Shown: positions 54,501 to 62,056 of the stretch, in pieces
How the letters are laid out: each line of letters opens with the position of its first letter
How positions within the stretch are numbered: the stretch's first letter is position 1
Assembly (NCBI GenBank): GCA_964187785.1
Contig: OZ076409.1
Coordinates: 55,368,001-55,432,000 of the forward strand
Direction of reading: 5' to 3'
From: Amphiscolops sp. MND2022
Lineage: Eukaryota
Length of the DNA: 64,000 nt
Position numbers and translations under genes: made by a program
Notes under the pieces: generated by a model
What the model saw: only the letters and a program-made list of their open reading frames with translations
The model's database searches: none
Told to the model about the DNA's origin: nothing

Positions 54501-57107
54501 CTAAAAAACAAGCCACTGTAATAGTCGGGCTGTTTGAACTAGAAAAGCGCCGACTAAAAACCCGTTTGATTTAAATATTTTCCTTTTCTATATGAAATAT
54601 GGACTGAATATAACAAAAAGCACTCCTGTAACTTTGTTTGAAATTGTATAAATTTTCGCTTCTGGGACTTTTATTCATTTGATTAAAATTTTTTTTGGGA
54701 TTTGAAATTTTTCTTCAGAGGAAGTCTTTAGGTTTTTAGTACCATATTGTAAAATTGACAAGCATTAGGTGATAATGTAACCAACAATAGAAAAAAGGGA
54801 GGGTTTCCGACTCAGACTGCGGTATTTTTATTTCTCAAATAATTTTGATTATTTCGAGTAAAAATTAAATTAAGTAACTACCATTTATTACATGATCTGA
54901 CCTAGGTGAAATGTTGATTCTAGGGTATCAACCTGTCTAAGCTATCAAGGTGCCAATACGTACCTTTGCAGTTCCCATCAACACCGGCTTTTTCCAGGGG
55001 ACAATTGGCAGGTCGTTTATCAGCTAGAACAAACTATGTTTACCATTGTTTTTTTGTATTGTTGAATGAAACAAATTTGAAAAATTGGTTATGTTCGGCC
55101 TATCTAAGCTTTAAACTTGGTGGCTCCGGTTTTGGTTCACACAAACAGAAGAATAGGTTCGATTTCAAAGAAAAAGCATCACTCACGATCATTGCATATT
55201 GTCATCGTTTCATCGTAGTCAGCACAGTCAACTTTCGTGGTTTCATCTTCGTCGTCCTTGAGTTTGAAACAAATCGGATCTCCCACATCGTTCACTGAAA
55301 AGTGAAGCTGGTTTTTTCATATATCGAGGAAGAGATAAAACAAGAATTTCTTTTGAAGTTTAATAATAAGGAAAACCCAATTGGTAAGGACTCCAATGAC
55401 TCACAACAAGGGCTTGTAATTTTTCCCTTAGAAACGTTCATAAATCTTATATTCAGTGGGCTCGTTTTCTACGAATGCTTTTTTTCAGATGTAGATTTCT
55501 CCGTTGCAACATAGGCGTCGCGTCGCGTTCACTTGTTAATCAGTTGTTTATTCGTAGAGTCTCCGAGGGCGGGAATATCAGTACACGCCGAACTTCGCAT
55601 ATTATTCTGGAGGTGTGAGGCGGTTGAAGTGGGATCGGTTGATAGATTTCTACTAGGTGCTAGGTTCCGCTGATACCAAACCGAAGGTCCGGGTTTGAAC
55701 GCATCAGCTCCGAACTGTCGACTTTTGTATAGTTAATCAACAAACAACTAGTTCTGAGATAATAGCTACCATATTTAACATGTCTCCGCAAAATGATTGT
55801 AGAACTCTACAAGATTTGTTAGCAAACATTCCTTTCCATGGTTCCAGTTGTGAAAAATCCATCAGAAATGGCGATTTGATGCAAGGAAGAAGACGTTTTT
55901 TTCTGTTTGCAGCTTCATATTTCAAATCAGCCGCAAAACATGGGTCCAAACATTTCAAGCATTCAAAGCACGTTTATGACTTTATTCACGAATTTGCATG
56001 TTTAAATACGTTTTATTTTGGCGAATTTCATGGAAGTTGTATTTTGATATTTGATTAAATAACTTTGAGACCTTGAGAATTTTGACTGAAATTTTGAATT
56101 CTGAATTCTGAATGAGATAAAGCAATTACCTCCTCTCACTATGACAGCATTGGGGTTGAGAGCCTCAACTTCAGAAAGTGTGCTGATGTCTCTGACCGAT
56201 TTGAAAACCTTCAAAACTTCGGTCTTTATTGAAGAGTGCATGTAGTCGATTATAGTGGGACTGATTATGGCATCCTCGAGGTCAAGACTGTCACAGGAGA
56301 CGCTGAAGCTGGGATGGAAGTGCAGACAGTTGAAATAAACGTGGTTCGCTCTTGTTCCACATTTGCAGCCAGCGGCAGTAACTCCGGCTAAAATGAAAAA
56401 TTACATGAGTTGATATGTTTGGGAAAACGTATCTTTCTGAAGATGAAGTTTGGGAAGATGTTTCCGAAATACGAGAAGAAATGCAATCGATTTAGTTCTG
56501 GGACTATTAACAGGCCCAGCAGTTTTGGCTGCATATTTTTCTTCACCTGTTTTTTCAAGGTTCACACATTCTTCTATACAAAGTAAGAGTAATTTTAACC
56601 CTATTTACAAATTTCTTTGAAAATGCGATTCTTCATCAATTTCTTAGAGATAAAATTGAGTATCCAGTACTACGTTCAGTGCTTCTCCCAAATGACTTAA
56701 ATAAGCTTTCAAAATAGATCACTTTTCTTCACTTCACCACTAGAGATCGCTGGCTCGACGTTTTTTCCTTGAGCATTACCATGTGAATGCCGCCCAATGA
56801 AACGACTACCAATGAAATAAACTATGATACAAAATCTCGCATTTGGGAGCTAAGGTACTAACAGTATTCCTCCATTTCACACACGAACATCAACTCTTTT
56901 GTGATTGGCTGGAGTTTCAGGGCGCTATTACCGGGTACCATGGCTCCGGCGTATCCGTATTCGAAGGATTCTTCACCATCGATGTACTCCTGGAAGTCTA
57001 TATAGTACTTCGTGTCCTCCACTTCTGTTATCTGTCTATCGTTGGAGTGCAGCACACATTTGCTTCCTTGAGGGTCGTCAGGACACGTCACAGCAGAGGT
57101 CCAGAAA
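388..57107 (-). CDS. Large multi-exon gene (39 exons traced, 5' part not found): CTL-like x2 - EGF x3 - Caspr-type fibrinogen-like x7 - cbEGF x3 - VWD(GDPH) - stop
   Basis: All 39 exons have AG/GT boundaries with compatible phases and join into one open frame of about 6265 nt ending at TAG 388-390. Recognisable motifs: DIDEC/DLDEC EGFs, IDPDG, CACG..C....CNCD, LP(V/I), GPLIC, WGDPHY, CGLCGDYDG. Confidence 0.9.
1184..1265 (-). CDS. Exon 38: VWD
   Basis: MSEFQIVMEVSFLSVRMFDRQVVVRWDG (V.WDG). Confidence 0.87.
1718..1798 (-). CDS. Exon 37: VWD
   Basis: EIVLRADTDDDSDIVIVNGQRRSVPAI (V.VNG....P). Confidence 0.87.
2073..2308 (-). CDS. Exon 36: VWD domain start with GDPH
   Basis: LCECDIWGDPHYLTCDGQLHHYMSTCEHIL... 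Confidence 0.92.
2585..2710 (-). CDS. Exon 35: Ca-binding EGF
   Basis: DIDECENDVYPCHEEATCYNREGTYLCVCNYPGWSGDGKECK. Confidence 0.93.
3290..3556 (-). CDS. Exon 34: two Ca-binding EGF domains
   Basis: LDECEEGYDDC...CRDLDECEEVDPPVCSDKATCENFDPGYNCTCDQGYAGDG...GCK. Confidence 0.93.
4085..4287 (-). CDS. Exon 33: end of repeat 7
   Basis: KCNTD...WRCDSGYIDYK...IKVGPLICEK, matching Caspr W..D.G.....VGPLRC. Confidence 0.9.
4800..6130 (+). repeat. Long dispersed repeat, homologous to about 51530-54610
   Basis: Shared blocks CATATTTTTGAGG.TCAAGAGTAGC, TTGATTAATGTCATC..., CTGGGGTCTTTG...ATCGCATGA...GGGTGAA in the same order. Confidence 0.7.
6607..6734 (-). CDS. Exon 32: repeat 7
   Basis: FSESVEWFSSLETPMKARTNWGRHKQGCTCSGSGDTKCTDPS. 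Confidence 0.87.
7019..7230 (-). CDS. Exon 31: repeat 7
   Basis: ENPKGVVKIMPDP...IAYAGLTDAELQKINDKMRCIQPVKFCSNAIG. Confidence 0.87.
7367..8680. mobile_element. Non-autonomous DNA element with about 90-bp terminal inverted repeats
   Basis: 7367-7457 is a near reverse complement of 8589-8680. Confidence 0.8.
7864..8311. mobile_element. Mutator/Foldback-like MITE nested in the above
   Basis: 9-bp direct repeat GTGTTGCAG (7855-7863, 8312-8320); G-starting TIRs built from tandem 26-27-bp GACAAAACAGCCGATTTT units. Confidence 0.8.
9098..9206 (-). CDS. Exon 30: start of repeat 7
   Basis: EIKDHLRGSCRDVPATGEYSLNVGGMTIDNVYCEKN. Confidence 0.85.
10028..11046. mobile_element. MITE with 15-bp TIR and TA TSD
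   Basis: TA|CCCGGGTTGACCCTC ... GAGGGTCAACCCGGG|TA; subterminal AAGATCTT repeats at both ends. Confidence 0.85.
11422..11564 (-). CDS. Exon 29: end of repeat 6
   Basis: ICHCDTGDAGLDRGTITNKNVLPLTNI...KLKCANG. Confidence 0.9.
12351..12531 (-). CDS. Exon 28: repeat 6
   Basis: TVEYTCGNDAKL...ISYWAGAD...GCACRIVNSCPTD. Confidence 0.9.
13194..13714 (-). mobile_element. HINE/DINE-1-like non-autonomous Helentron element
   Basis: Subterminal inverted AGTCGGCGCC/GGCGCCGACT; extra inverted copy near one end; GACG-N4-CGTC hairpin at the other; A/T-run flanks without TSD. Confidence 0.72.
15346..15490. repeat. Minisatellite, 5 x 29 bp
   Basis: Unit AAATCCGTGTATTCTAAGCCCACTTAGGC; contiguous, no spacers. 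Confidence 0.9.
16775..17166 (+). pseudogene. JmjC/cupin-like C-terminal fragment, antisense in an intron
   Basis: FTIQRSGDLLFVPSLRPHAVLT fits the JmjC Q..GD..F.P....HAV motif; in-frame TGA just upstream; no HxD half visible; AATAAA near 17233. Confidence 0.6.
17609..17731 (-). CDS. Exon 27: repeat 6
   Basis: VINSDG...PDYADGVTPEQMNALVDASEYCTQ. Confidence 0.9.
20036..20211 (-). CDS. Exon 26: start of repeat 6
   Basis: VEPTCADL...DGEYAIDPDGPGVNEPFLVRCDF; the best match to the Caspr Y.IDPDG.G...P..V.C motif. Confidence 0.92.
20489..20689 (-). CDS. Exon 25: end of repeat 5
   Basis: PQNEGVLLLDECPPGARCCG...KEQLPIL...SDLVCS. Confidence 0.85.
21113..21299 (-). CDS. Exon 24: repeat 5
   Basis: VIPVTTNN...LQYNEFTDGCLEGLKDYSSYCYQDVAICDP... 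Confidence 0.87.
21968..22158 (-). CDS. Exon 23: start of repeat 5
   Basis: TPKDCHEG...IIDPDGVRAEG...PCVAKCDVDTG. Confidence 0.9.
22262..22806 (-). mobile_element. HINE-like copy
   Basis: AACAAGACGAGAACGTCTCAAGTCGG ... GCGCCGAC ends shared with the 13194 copy. Confidence 0.65.
23280..23402 (-). CDS. Exon 22: end of repeat 4
   Basis: LAVLDEQVPLSKICINK...HLECSRTQI; GTGAGT donor. Confidence 0.8.
23483..23720 (-). CDS. Exon 21: repeat 4
   Basis: ALITLSGECCQDW...YPGALDGEGCACDETGLCDVKDQAC... Confidence 0.9.
23918..24378 (+). mobile_element. HINE-like copy with duplicated terminal unit
   Basis: Two tandem AGTCGGCG...CCGACTATTACAGTGG units; ends GCGCCGACT..ACGTTCCCGTCTTGTT. Confidence 0.7.
25179..25644 (+). 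mobile_element. HINE-like copy
   Basis: Both ends are near-exact reverse complements of the 13194-13714 copy. Confidence 0.72.
26648..26771 (-). CDS. Exon 20: repeat 4
   Basis: CAGKNTQIRPDGQK...DDEISPEQYE; completes VKC; GTAAGT donor. Confidence 0.82.
27486..27675. repeat. About 190-bp loop-less palindrome (foldback MITE)
   Basis: Centre ATGGTACCAT at 27576-27585; about 95-bp arms with few mismatches; TA at both ends. Confidence 0.9.
28030..28198 (-). CDS. Exon 19: start of repeat 4
   Basis: LPRDCHEF...ILIDPDGGSNGVDPFLVK. Confidence 0.9.
28692..28831 (-). CDS. Exon 18: end of repeat 3
   Basis: SIGKLSDIAINWDDAKSGVTVKITVVGLNNANSPRDAIRMAGLSTL; GTGAGT donor. Confidence 0.75.
29545..30697. mobile_element. 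MITE with imperfect ~32-bp TIR
   Basis: CCCG..TGGCA..C.ACCG.AGTCCACCGGT inverted at both ends; TA on the right, TG on the left. Confidence 0.65.
30905..31028 (-). CDS. Exon 17: repeat 3
   Basis: EGVPAKVEILKYGNNEPIVECNSCLLGSTLEAETCSVCEVG; GTGAGT donor. Confidence 0.75.
31275..31362 (-). CDS. Exon 16: repeat 3
   Basis: LDKIQSSQTQYASQGLSIKTAFTGNELAE; strong polypyrimidine acceptor; bridges phase 0 to phase 1. Confidence 0.68.
31757..32282. mobile_element. MITE with ~30-bp TIR and TA TSD
   Basis: TA|CAC.GTTTCTAA.TTAGATGAACAAAATTT at both ends. Confidence 0.72.
34178..34497. repeat. Degenerate inverted-repeat element
   Basis: CAATTTCAACCTTCCGCAATTTCGATCAAAACTAATT versus its reverse complement at 34461-34497. 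Confidence 0.55.
35271..35672. mobile_element. Probable solo LTR (about 400 bp)
   Basis: TGT...ACA termini; 5-bp direct repeat CATAT at 35266-35270 and 35673-35677; GC content higher than the flanks. Confidence 0.65.
35788..35965. repeat. Degenerate ~31-bp tandem repeat
   Basis: Recurring TTCCAA.TTACTTCCAAGATCAGGCATT units (5-6 copies). Confidence 0.65.
36199..36245 (-). CDS. Exon 15: repeat 3 (alternative in-frame acceptor at 36281 possible)
   Basis: IINEKTQPLSYGDVT, aligning with PDYADGVT of repeat 6; GTGAGA donor. Confidence 0.6.
36558..36671 (-). CDS. Exon 14: repeat 3
   Basis: NRVGRDDSCVAYCEVDTSKKDQIAAITVFPLVTSDTE; GTAAGT donor. Confidence 0.82.
37449..37637 (-). CDS. Exon 13: end of repeat 2 / start of repeat 3
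   Basis: FVTNRESLPITKAY...IGALICAQ...AKSCQYLAAGFYLNSGTHIINPS. Confidence 0.88.
38135..38277 (-). CDS. Exon 12: repeat 2
   Basis: AGNQIKSFG...SCACGVTGMCEDRNTKCNCDSGREGNDT, matching the Caspr CACG..C....CNCD motif. Confidence 0.9.
38524..38685 (-). CDS. Exon 11: repeat 2
   Basis: SSNCEVQELDYGISETTLDKLVESNQCIQEVTFSCGNG...; phase matches across the Gypsy-containing intron. Confidence 0.85.
39780..42911 (-). mobile_element. Ty3/Gypsy LTR retrotransposon, internally deleted (no RNase H/integrase)
   Basis: LTRs 42706-42911 and 39780-39989 (TG..CA; 3 substitutions plus a 4-bp indel); 5-bp TSD GTATG; PBS TGGCGCAGTC next to the 5' LTR; PPT AGGAGGGGGAA; gag, CCHC knuckle, protease remnant and RT ORFs. 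Confidence 0.95.
40123..42689 (-). pseudogene. Disrupted gag-pol of Gypsy element 1
   Basis: Gag 42069-42689; CNNCKQMGHFAKVC knuckle; RT motifs KIDLDYAYGQ, FYGLSDIPTVFQ, WLDDII; breaks near 42070, 41836 and 40960. Confidence 0.9.
44116..44467 (-). CDS. Exon 10: end of repeat 1 / start of repeat 2
   Basis: SCSDKGCQCD...LLPVSGF...GQLICRP...YDDCDKAMKA...YYAYCSRP... Confidence 0.88.
45215..45333 (-). CDS. Exon 9: fibrinogen-like repeat 1
   Basis: VCCHYGPNLAEKFSIVGYNGDLSKDFGGPEPGMCPFAET. Confidence 0.82.
46071..46240 (-). CDS. Exon 8: fibrinogen-like repeat 1
   Basis: VKCEGPITIAGP...MRALVMQPDQECQQQI; the GTTCGT donor gives the phase 2 needed by the next exon. Confidence 0.82.
47026..47279 (-). 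CDS. Exon 7: Ca-binding EGF plus start of fibrinogen-like repeat 1
   Basis: DIDECSPADPEDWPCDDPSRATCTNEPGSFKCSCKPGYSG...CKPRPRSCSHAIELG...DKMT; GTTAGT donor, phase 0. Confidence 0.88.
47428..48021 (-). mobile_element. Degenerate/nested HINE-like copies
   Basis: GAACGTCTCAAGTCAGCAC start; two GCGCCGACT end units near 47969 and 48021. Confidence 0.55.
49416..49523 (-). CDS. Exon 6: EGF domain
   Basis: PGECRVNTECHTKADCKNEKCVCDDGYEGDGETCT. Confidence 0.9.
49936..50061 (-). CDS. Exon 5: EGF domain
   Basis: LDPCSLEPCHEKAECMNEDDGTVSCECLPEFRVGDGVNYCL; six cysteines; GTGAGT donor. Confidence 0.9.
50286..50421. repeat. Palindrome/hairpin element
   Basis: AAAACTCAATTTTCCAAAATT...GGAAGAA is mirrored on the other arm. 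Confidence 0.85.
51815..52496. repeat. Recent tandem duplication, period 345 bp
   Basis: AGATAATTCTGATTTTT... starts at 51815 and 52160; the copies are nearly identical. Confidence 0.9.
54089..54555 (-). mobile_element. HINE-like copy inserted in an A-run of an older repeat
   Basis: Same termini, duplicated end unit; the flanks join to match the uninterrupted copy at about 6075-6130. Confidence 0.72.
54964..55023 (-). CDS. Exon 4: short Cys linker / partial EGF
   Basis: DKRPANCPLEKAGVDGNCK; phase 1-1; completes DLDPC with the next exon. Confidence 0.7.
55187..55294 (-). CDS. Exon 3: end of CTL-like domain
   Basis: NDVGDPICFKLKDDEDETTKVDCADYDETMTICND; ttcag acceptor, GTGAGT donor. Confidence 0.82.
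56130..56387 (-). CDS. Exon 2: N-terminal part of second CTL-like domain
   Basis: GVTAAGCKCGTRANHVYFNCLHFHPSFSVSCDSLDLEDAIISPTIIDYM...; phase 1-1. Confidence 0.8.
56863..57107 (-). CDS. Exon 1 (first traced): C-terminal half of a C-type-lectin-like domain
   Basis: FWTSAVTCPDDPQGSKC...KELMFVCEMEEY; FW..FVCE pattern of CTL domains; donor GTTAGT; weak acceptor (gacgtag). Confidence 0.7.
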
Positions 57108-57274
57108 CTACGTCATATTCAGTGTTTTTCATTTTCTCACGAAAAGTTAGCACTTTTAATACGTTTTTAATCAATTTTTCCCATGTTTTGCAGGTTTTTA
57201 GGATTTGTAGAACCTGTTCGCGAAGATTGTTCTAAAAACTCTTATATTCGACCGACGAATGGCAGTCAAATTTT

Positions 57275-57397
57275 ATTTCAATTTTGATATACTGTGTGTC
57301 TCCTTTTCATATGGTTTTGCTGCGAATGTAAGGCACGTGTCTTACATTCGCAGCAAGCCTTATAAAAAGAAGAAACACAGTATTTCAAAATTGAAAT
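57275..57397. repeat. Palindrome centred on CACGTG
   Basis: TTGCTGCGAATGTAAG.CACGTG.CTTACATTCGCAGCAA core with arms extending about 60 bp. Confidence 0.85.
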
Positions 57398-57826
57398 CAA
57401 ATTAACATCCCCTCAATTTTAATCGCTCGAGCAAATAGAAGACATTCCCTGAATCTAAGGCGTGATTTTCGTTTTCGGACGAATACACCGTGCAAGTAAC
57501 GAGAACCTGTTAAAAGTTTATTTTCAATTTATCTACTCCTCGTTTCAGAGGAAAAGTCTAGGGTATTGGAATATTGAATGTGAAATTGTTGATAACTGAA
57601 GAGAAGGCAGCTAGCCAGTCTAGACTTATTTACAATTAGTACCTGCCCGAAACTTTACTATAGTGACGTTCATTATGATTTTAACTTTTGTTGTGTACGA
57701 AACGCTTAACTCTTAGTTGTCATGACCCTTTGACATTGTTACAACTTTTAACTTGAATCTTTTTACTTCTATTCTTTTTGCGAGTCTATACCATGGCGCA
57801 GTCATAGAAGAAAGAACAAGAAAACA

Positions 57827-60800
57827 ATGGAAAACACGAGTATTCCCAATGTATCCGATCAGACGGTCGCCAATCAAACAACGGTCGAGAGGACCGTAAA
57901 AAACCAGTACAAAATACCGATTTTATCGGACAGAGAAACAGAACTATCAAACATAAACCCCAAAATGTGGTGGGAGCTGATATCAGAGTATATCAACTTG
58001 ACTTATCAAAAGAAGCTACAAAAATTGATAGAACTGGGAAAAGACTCCATGGATCCACACACAACCTACTACATCAAGGGTGACGTAATTTGGGCACTGG
58101 GCCCAAAAGTAAAACACCCAGATAATGAGGGTCAATGGGGAAAAGAGCTCAGAGATATCAGCTTACAAGAATTACTGAAACTATTCAAGAAGACTTTCGT
58201 ATCCATAAGAAACGTATTCCACAGCAGAGCCCAATTTTTCAACATCAGACAAGAAGACAGTGAAACTCTAGCCGAATATTGGTGAAGAGACTGGTGGATA
58301 TCGAGAGGAAGTGCGAATTCAACAGTATTACCCCTAAAGATATCATCACGTACAAACTCGCAGCGACCATGAACGACAAAAAGAGCCCGCGACAAAATCA
58401 TAGAGGGTCAATAGAAATTAAAGCTAGTACTCGAGACCATAAAACTAGATAACTACAACCGCAAATATGGAGACAAAGGTTCCAGATCCAAGAAACAACG
58501 GAAAACGTCGTCAAAAAACTCATAAGAAGACGAACAAATTGGATATACCAAACAAATGCCGAGGAAGAGAGTCGCAACCACAAACAAGAAGAAAACCTCG
58601 GATCGAAGCTGTCACTTTTGAGGAAAGCCAAACTGGACACCGGACCACAACTGCCCGGCACGGAAAGCTCAGTGCAACAATTGCAGAAGGAAGGGACATT
58701 TTACGAAAGTATGCCGATCAAAGAACGTAAATCGGATACAAGAAGATGACACTGGATGCAACATGGAGCCATGGCCGGAAGTCGACTATTTTCAATCCAT
58801 CAACAGAATTTACCGCATTGATTTTGGTAGAGGGACAGCCAATTGAATTCATTATTGACACTGGCTCTCCAGTATCAATAATCACGACAATTATAAAGCC
58901 GAAGAACATGAAGACAACTCCAAAAAGTTACGTGGACGTGAAGAAAAATCCGATGAATTTCAAAGGAAAAGCCATGGTCGAGGTCAAAACGGAAAGAAAC
59001 AGTGACACTGCCGATACTAATCACGGAAAAAGAAAATACTCAACCCTTACTGGGATTAAGCTGGTTGGACAAACACGAAATTGGCCTGCAGGGGAACAGG
59101 AAAACAAACATCATCCGGAACATAGATTTCAACGAAAGAGGTGAGAAAATTCTTAAAGATTATGTAAACCTTTTCAAAAAAATCACACAATAAAAGACTT
59201 AATCATAGACATTCAACTGAATGAAGACGCCAAACCAATACAACAAAAAGGGAGACCAGTTTCAGTTCACTTCCAAAGAACAGTACGAAACGAGGTGGGA
59301 ACATTGAATAAAAATGTACAACTTGAAGTAGCAGATAAAACTACAGATAATTTTATCGCCAGCAGTGATAACAACCAAGAAGGAAAAATCAGTAATAATT
59401 GCATTAGATACCAGGAAGTTGAAACAAGCGTGCATAAAAAGAAAGGCAACGATGCCGAATATGGAAGAAATGATCAGTAAAACTTTTCAAAAATCAAAGA
59501 AAACGACGGAGGTGAAATATGGATGTCAAAGATTGATCCGGATTACGCCTCTGGAAATATTCTCGCGCACTATTTACCGTCGAGTTCAACAATGGACAAA
59601 CTAAACGGTATCGACAGTGATTTCATCTTTAAAAAAGAGGACACTCTACTGAAACCCATAGATTACGTCAAGAGCGAAACAGGATTCTACAGCAAAACAA
59701 GACCCGAATAGTTGGAAAGGGTCGCGATAATGAAAGAATGCAAGAATATCGTCCATCCCAGGAAGAGAGAAATCAAATCGAGAAGACCAACATAATGATT
59801 TACAATCGATTTTTTCACTACTGCGAAAGACTTGGGACAACACCACTAAGAGAATTCCAAGAAAACGTAAACGAGTCCTGGTTGAACCCATCCTCAGACA
59901 GCGAGAGTCAAACAAGCCAGCTCAAACAATAAAAATGCGCAACCAATGTGCTACGGAAATTCCGGAAACCCGAAAGTGTCAATCTCATCCGGCTGAAGCA
60001 GACGGCAAAGCAAAACACCCTACAGGAAGCCCAAAACGAGAAGACGTCAGAAGCCATTAAGAAAGCCGAGAAAGACTTTTCCATGGACTTGCCGCTGTTA
60101 GTGGACGAAACAGCTAGAGGTACGAAAATTTTGTATGCGATAACTGCACTCGAGACGGGCCAGTCAGATAGCATATTTTACCCTTAATTTCCACACAGGA
60201 AACACTTGACCACTGGCTTCTGATTGTTATTTTATAACGACAAGATAATCATCCCCGAAGCCATGAGATTGACGTTGATTGCCATGCTACATCAAGGACA
60301 TGTGTAAGTAAACAAAATGGACCAGTCGGAACAAGCGTTTTAAGGGCCGGAATGCACCGCGAGATCGAAGAGAAAGCCAAAAACTGCACCAGCTGTAGAG
60401 CTGCAGGTGAGACTTCAAAAACGCAAATACCGCATACGGAAAAAAATAGACTTAAAATTTTGAATGGACCGAAACAAGAAATTCAATTGGACTTCGCCGG
60501 TCCAATCAAATCCAAAACACGCGGAGACGTCTCTTTTTTTTTCAATTTTTGGTGGCGGTGGACCGTTTTAGCAAGTGGCCAACGGCACAACTTTGTGAAT
60601 ATACGGACTCTCGGACTGTAATGAATTTTTAAATAAAAGTTTGTTCCGACCATGGAACACCACAGACAATCCGCACCGACAACGGTAGTTGTTTCAAAAG
60701 CCACGATTTTAAAAACTACTGCAACGGCGAAAACATGAAGCGAATAAGCTGCATTCCTAGCTTAGACACGGAAACCGGATTGGTAGAAAGAGCAATACGC

Positions 60801-61405
60801 ACAATTAAATCGCTAACTAGAGCTAACTTGGAAGACGAATTAACCTTTGAAGAAAGCGTTTAATTAACAATTAAGACAATTAGACAAACACCGCACAGCA
60901 CGTTGAAAATGACACCATTCCAAAGACATTTTGGACGTAACCACGTACGCCTATCACCAATCCAATTCGTCAACCCACGTGCCTTTTATCCATTTCGAAA
61001 AGAATATAACCAGATACGTTTCAGCTGAACCTGCAGATTTACAAATTTTTACCTGATTGGGATGGAGAACTTGCCGACTATCTGGTCTTCAACGAATCAA
61101 AGAAGAGAGGTCGAACGCTAAGCAAAAAGTTTAAAGAATATAAAATTTTTGAGAAAGAAACAAAGTCGGACTCAATGAAACGCAGATTTAAAGCCAACAA
61201 AACTCTAACCGCAATCAAAGAAACTAAGCATACCGTATCCACGTCCTACGGAAGAACGATGCATAAAAAATTGGCATCTAATCCTCTAAAGGTTCAGCCG
61301 TCAAAGAAACCGAAGAGAGCAGAACGTCAACAAAAAGATGCAAATGATGTGGCCGATTCAGTAAAGACGAATTCTGCGATACCCACAAGAGAACAATGGC
61401 TGTAA
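57827..61405 (+). pseudogene. Frameshifted gag-pol of Gypsy element 2
   Basis: Gag homologous to element 1 (KYKIPILSDRET...IKGDVIWALGPK); protease IIDTGS; RT stops after MSKIDPDYA; integrase pieces CTSC, QLDFAGP, RTDNG, GLVERAIRTIK. Confidence 0.88.
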
Positions 61406-62056
61406 AGAGAAAAGAAAACAAGGAGACAGAAAAGGCCAGCTCAAGTAAAACACTTCCGACAATGCCTGGAAGTGAACCAATAGAAACGCATGAAGTCACC
61501 GTAATTTCAGACAGTCAATCCACTACGGCCGAAAAAGTACGGAACATCATAGGATCTGAGCAGGATCTTACTGTCACAGCGGAACTGAAATACACCGATG
61601 GACAAAAAGTAAAGTCAACGGACACGTCATCCAACGTCCAAACGCCGATGAAAACGTCGCTGGGCGGCTGTAGCACGGAACGGGCAAATAGACGAACCAT
61701 ACCGGATAGCAACACAACCCCGCAAACTCACCACAGTAGTAGAAAAAGGTATAGTAGAGATAGGTTTCGAAAGGGGAAAGGAATATTGACAATTTTGAAG
61801 GCGAACATAGAGTACGTAGATCAGATAGACTTACAACAGCAAAACGAGTGGATAAACTTGGCGGAGTAATCTTTTTAACTGTAACTGAACTGTTTAGAAC
61901 AAAAGCCAAGAACCGAGAAGAAAGTCATCCACTTCACCTGATACCCCAGGTCACCTGCCAAAAAGGGAAACTCCGCATCACAGACGCTGAGCGGAGACAA
62001 AGAATGGTTTCCCTGATTCCGCAGAGTGGGGAATTAAGAGAAAGCAGCTAGCCAGT

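Larger units (their letters stand above)
51530..54610 (+). repeat. Second, internally expanded copy of the long dispersed repeat
   Basis: Same blocks as 4800-6130, plus the 345-bp duplication and a HINE insertion. Confidence 0.7.

Noticed and set aside
55620..55715. tRNA/SINE-like stretch
   Set aside because: No convincing cloverleaf or intact A/B boxes by eye.
388..57107. Assigning a gene symbol (CNTNAP/Nrx-IV, fibrillin, zonadhesin, mucin)
   Set aside because: Only individual domains are shared; no LamG, TB, MAM or PTS regions are seen in the window.
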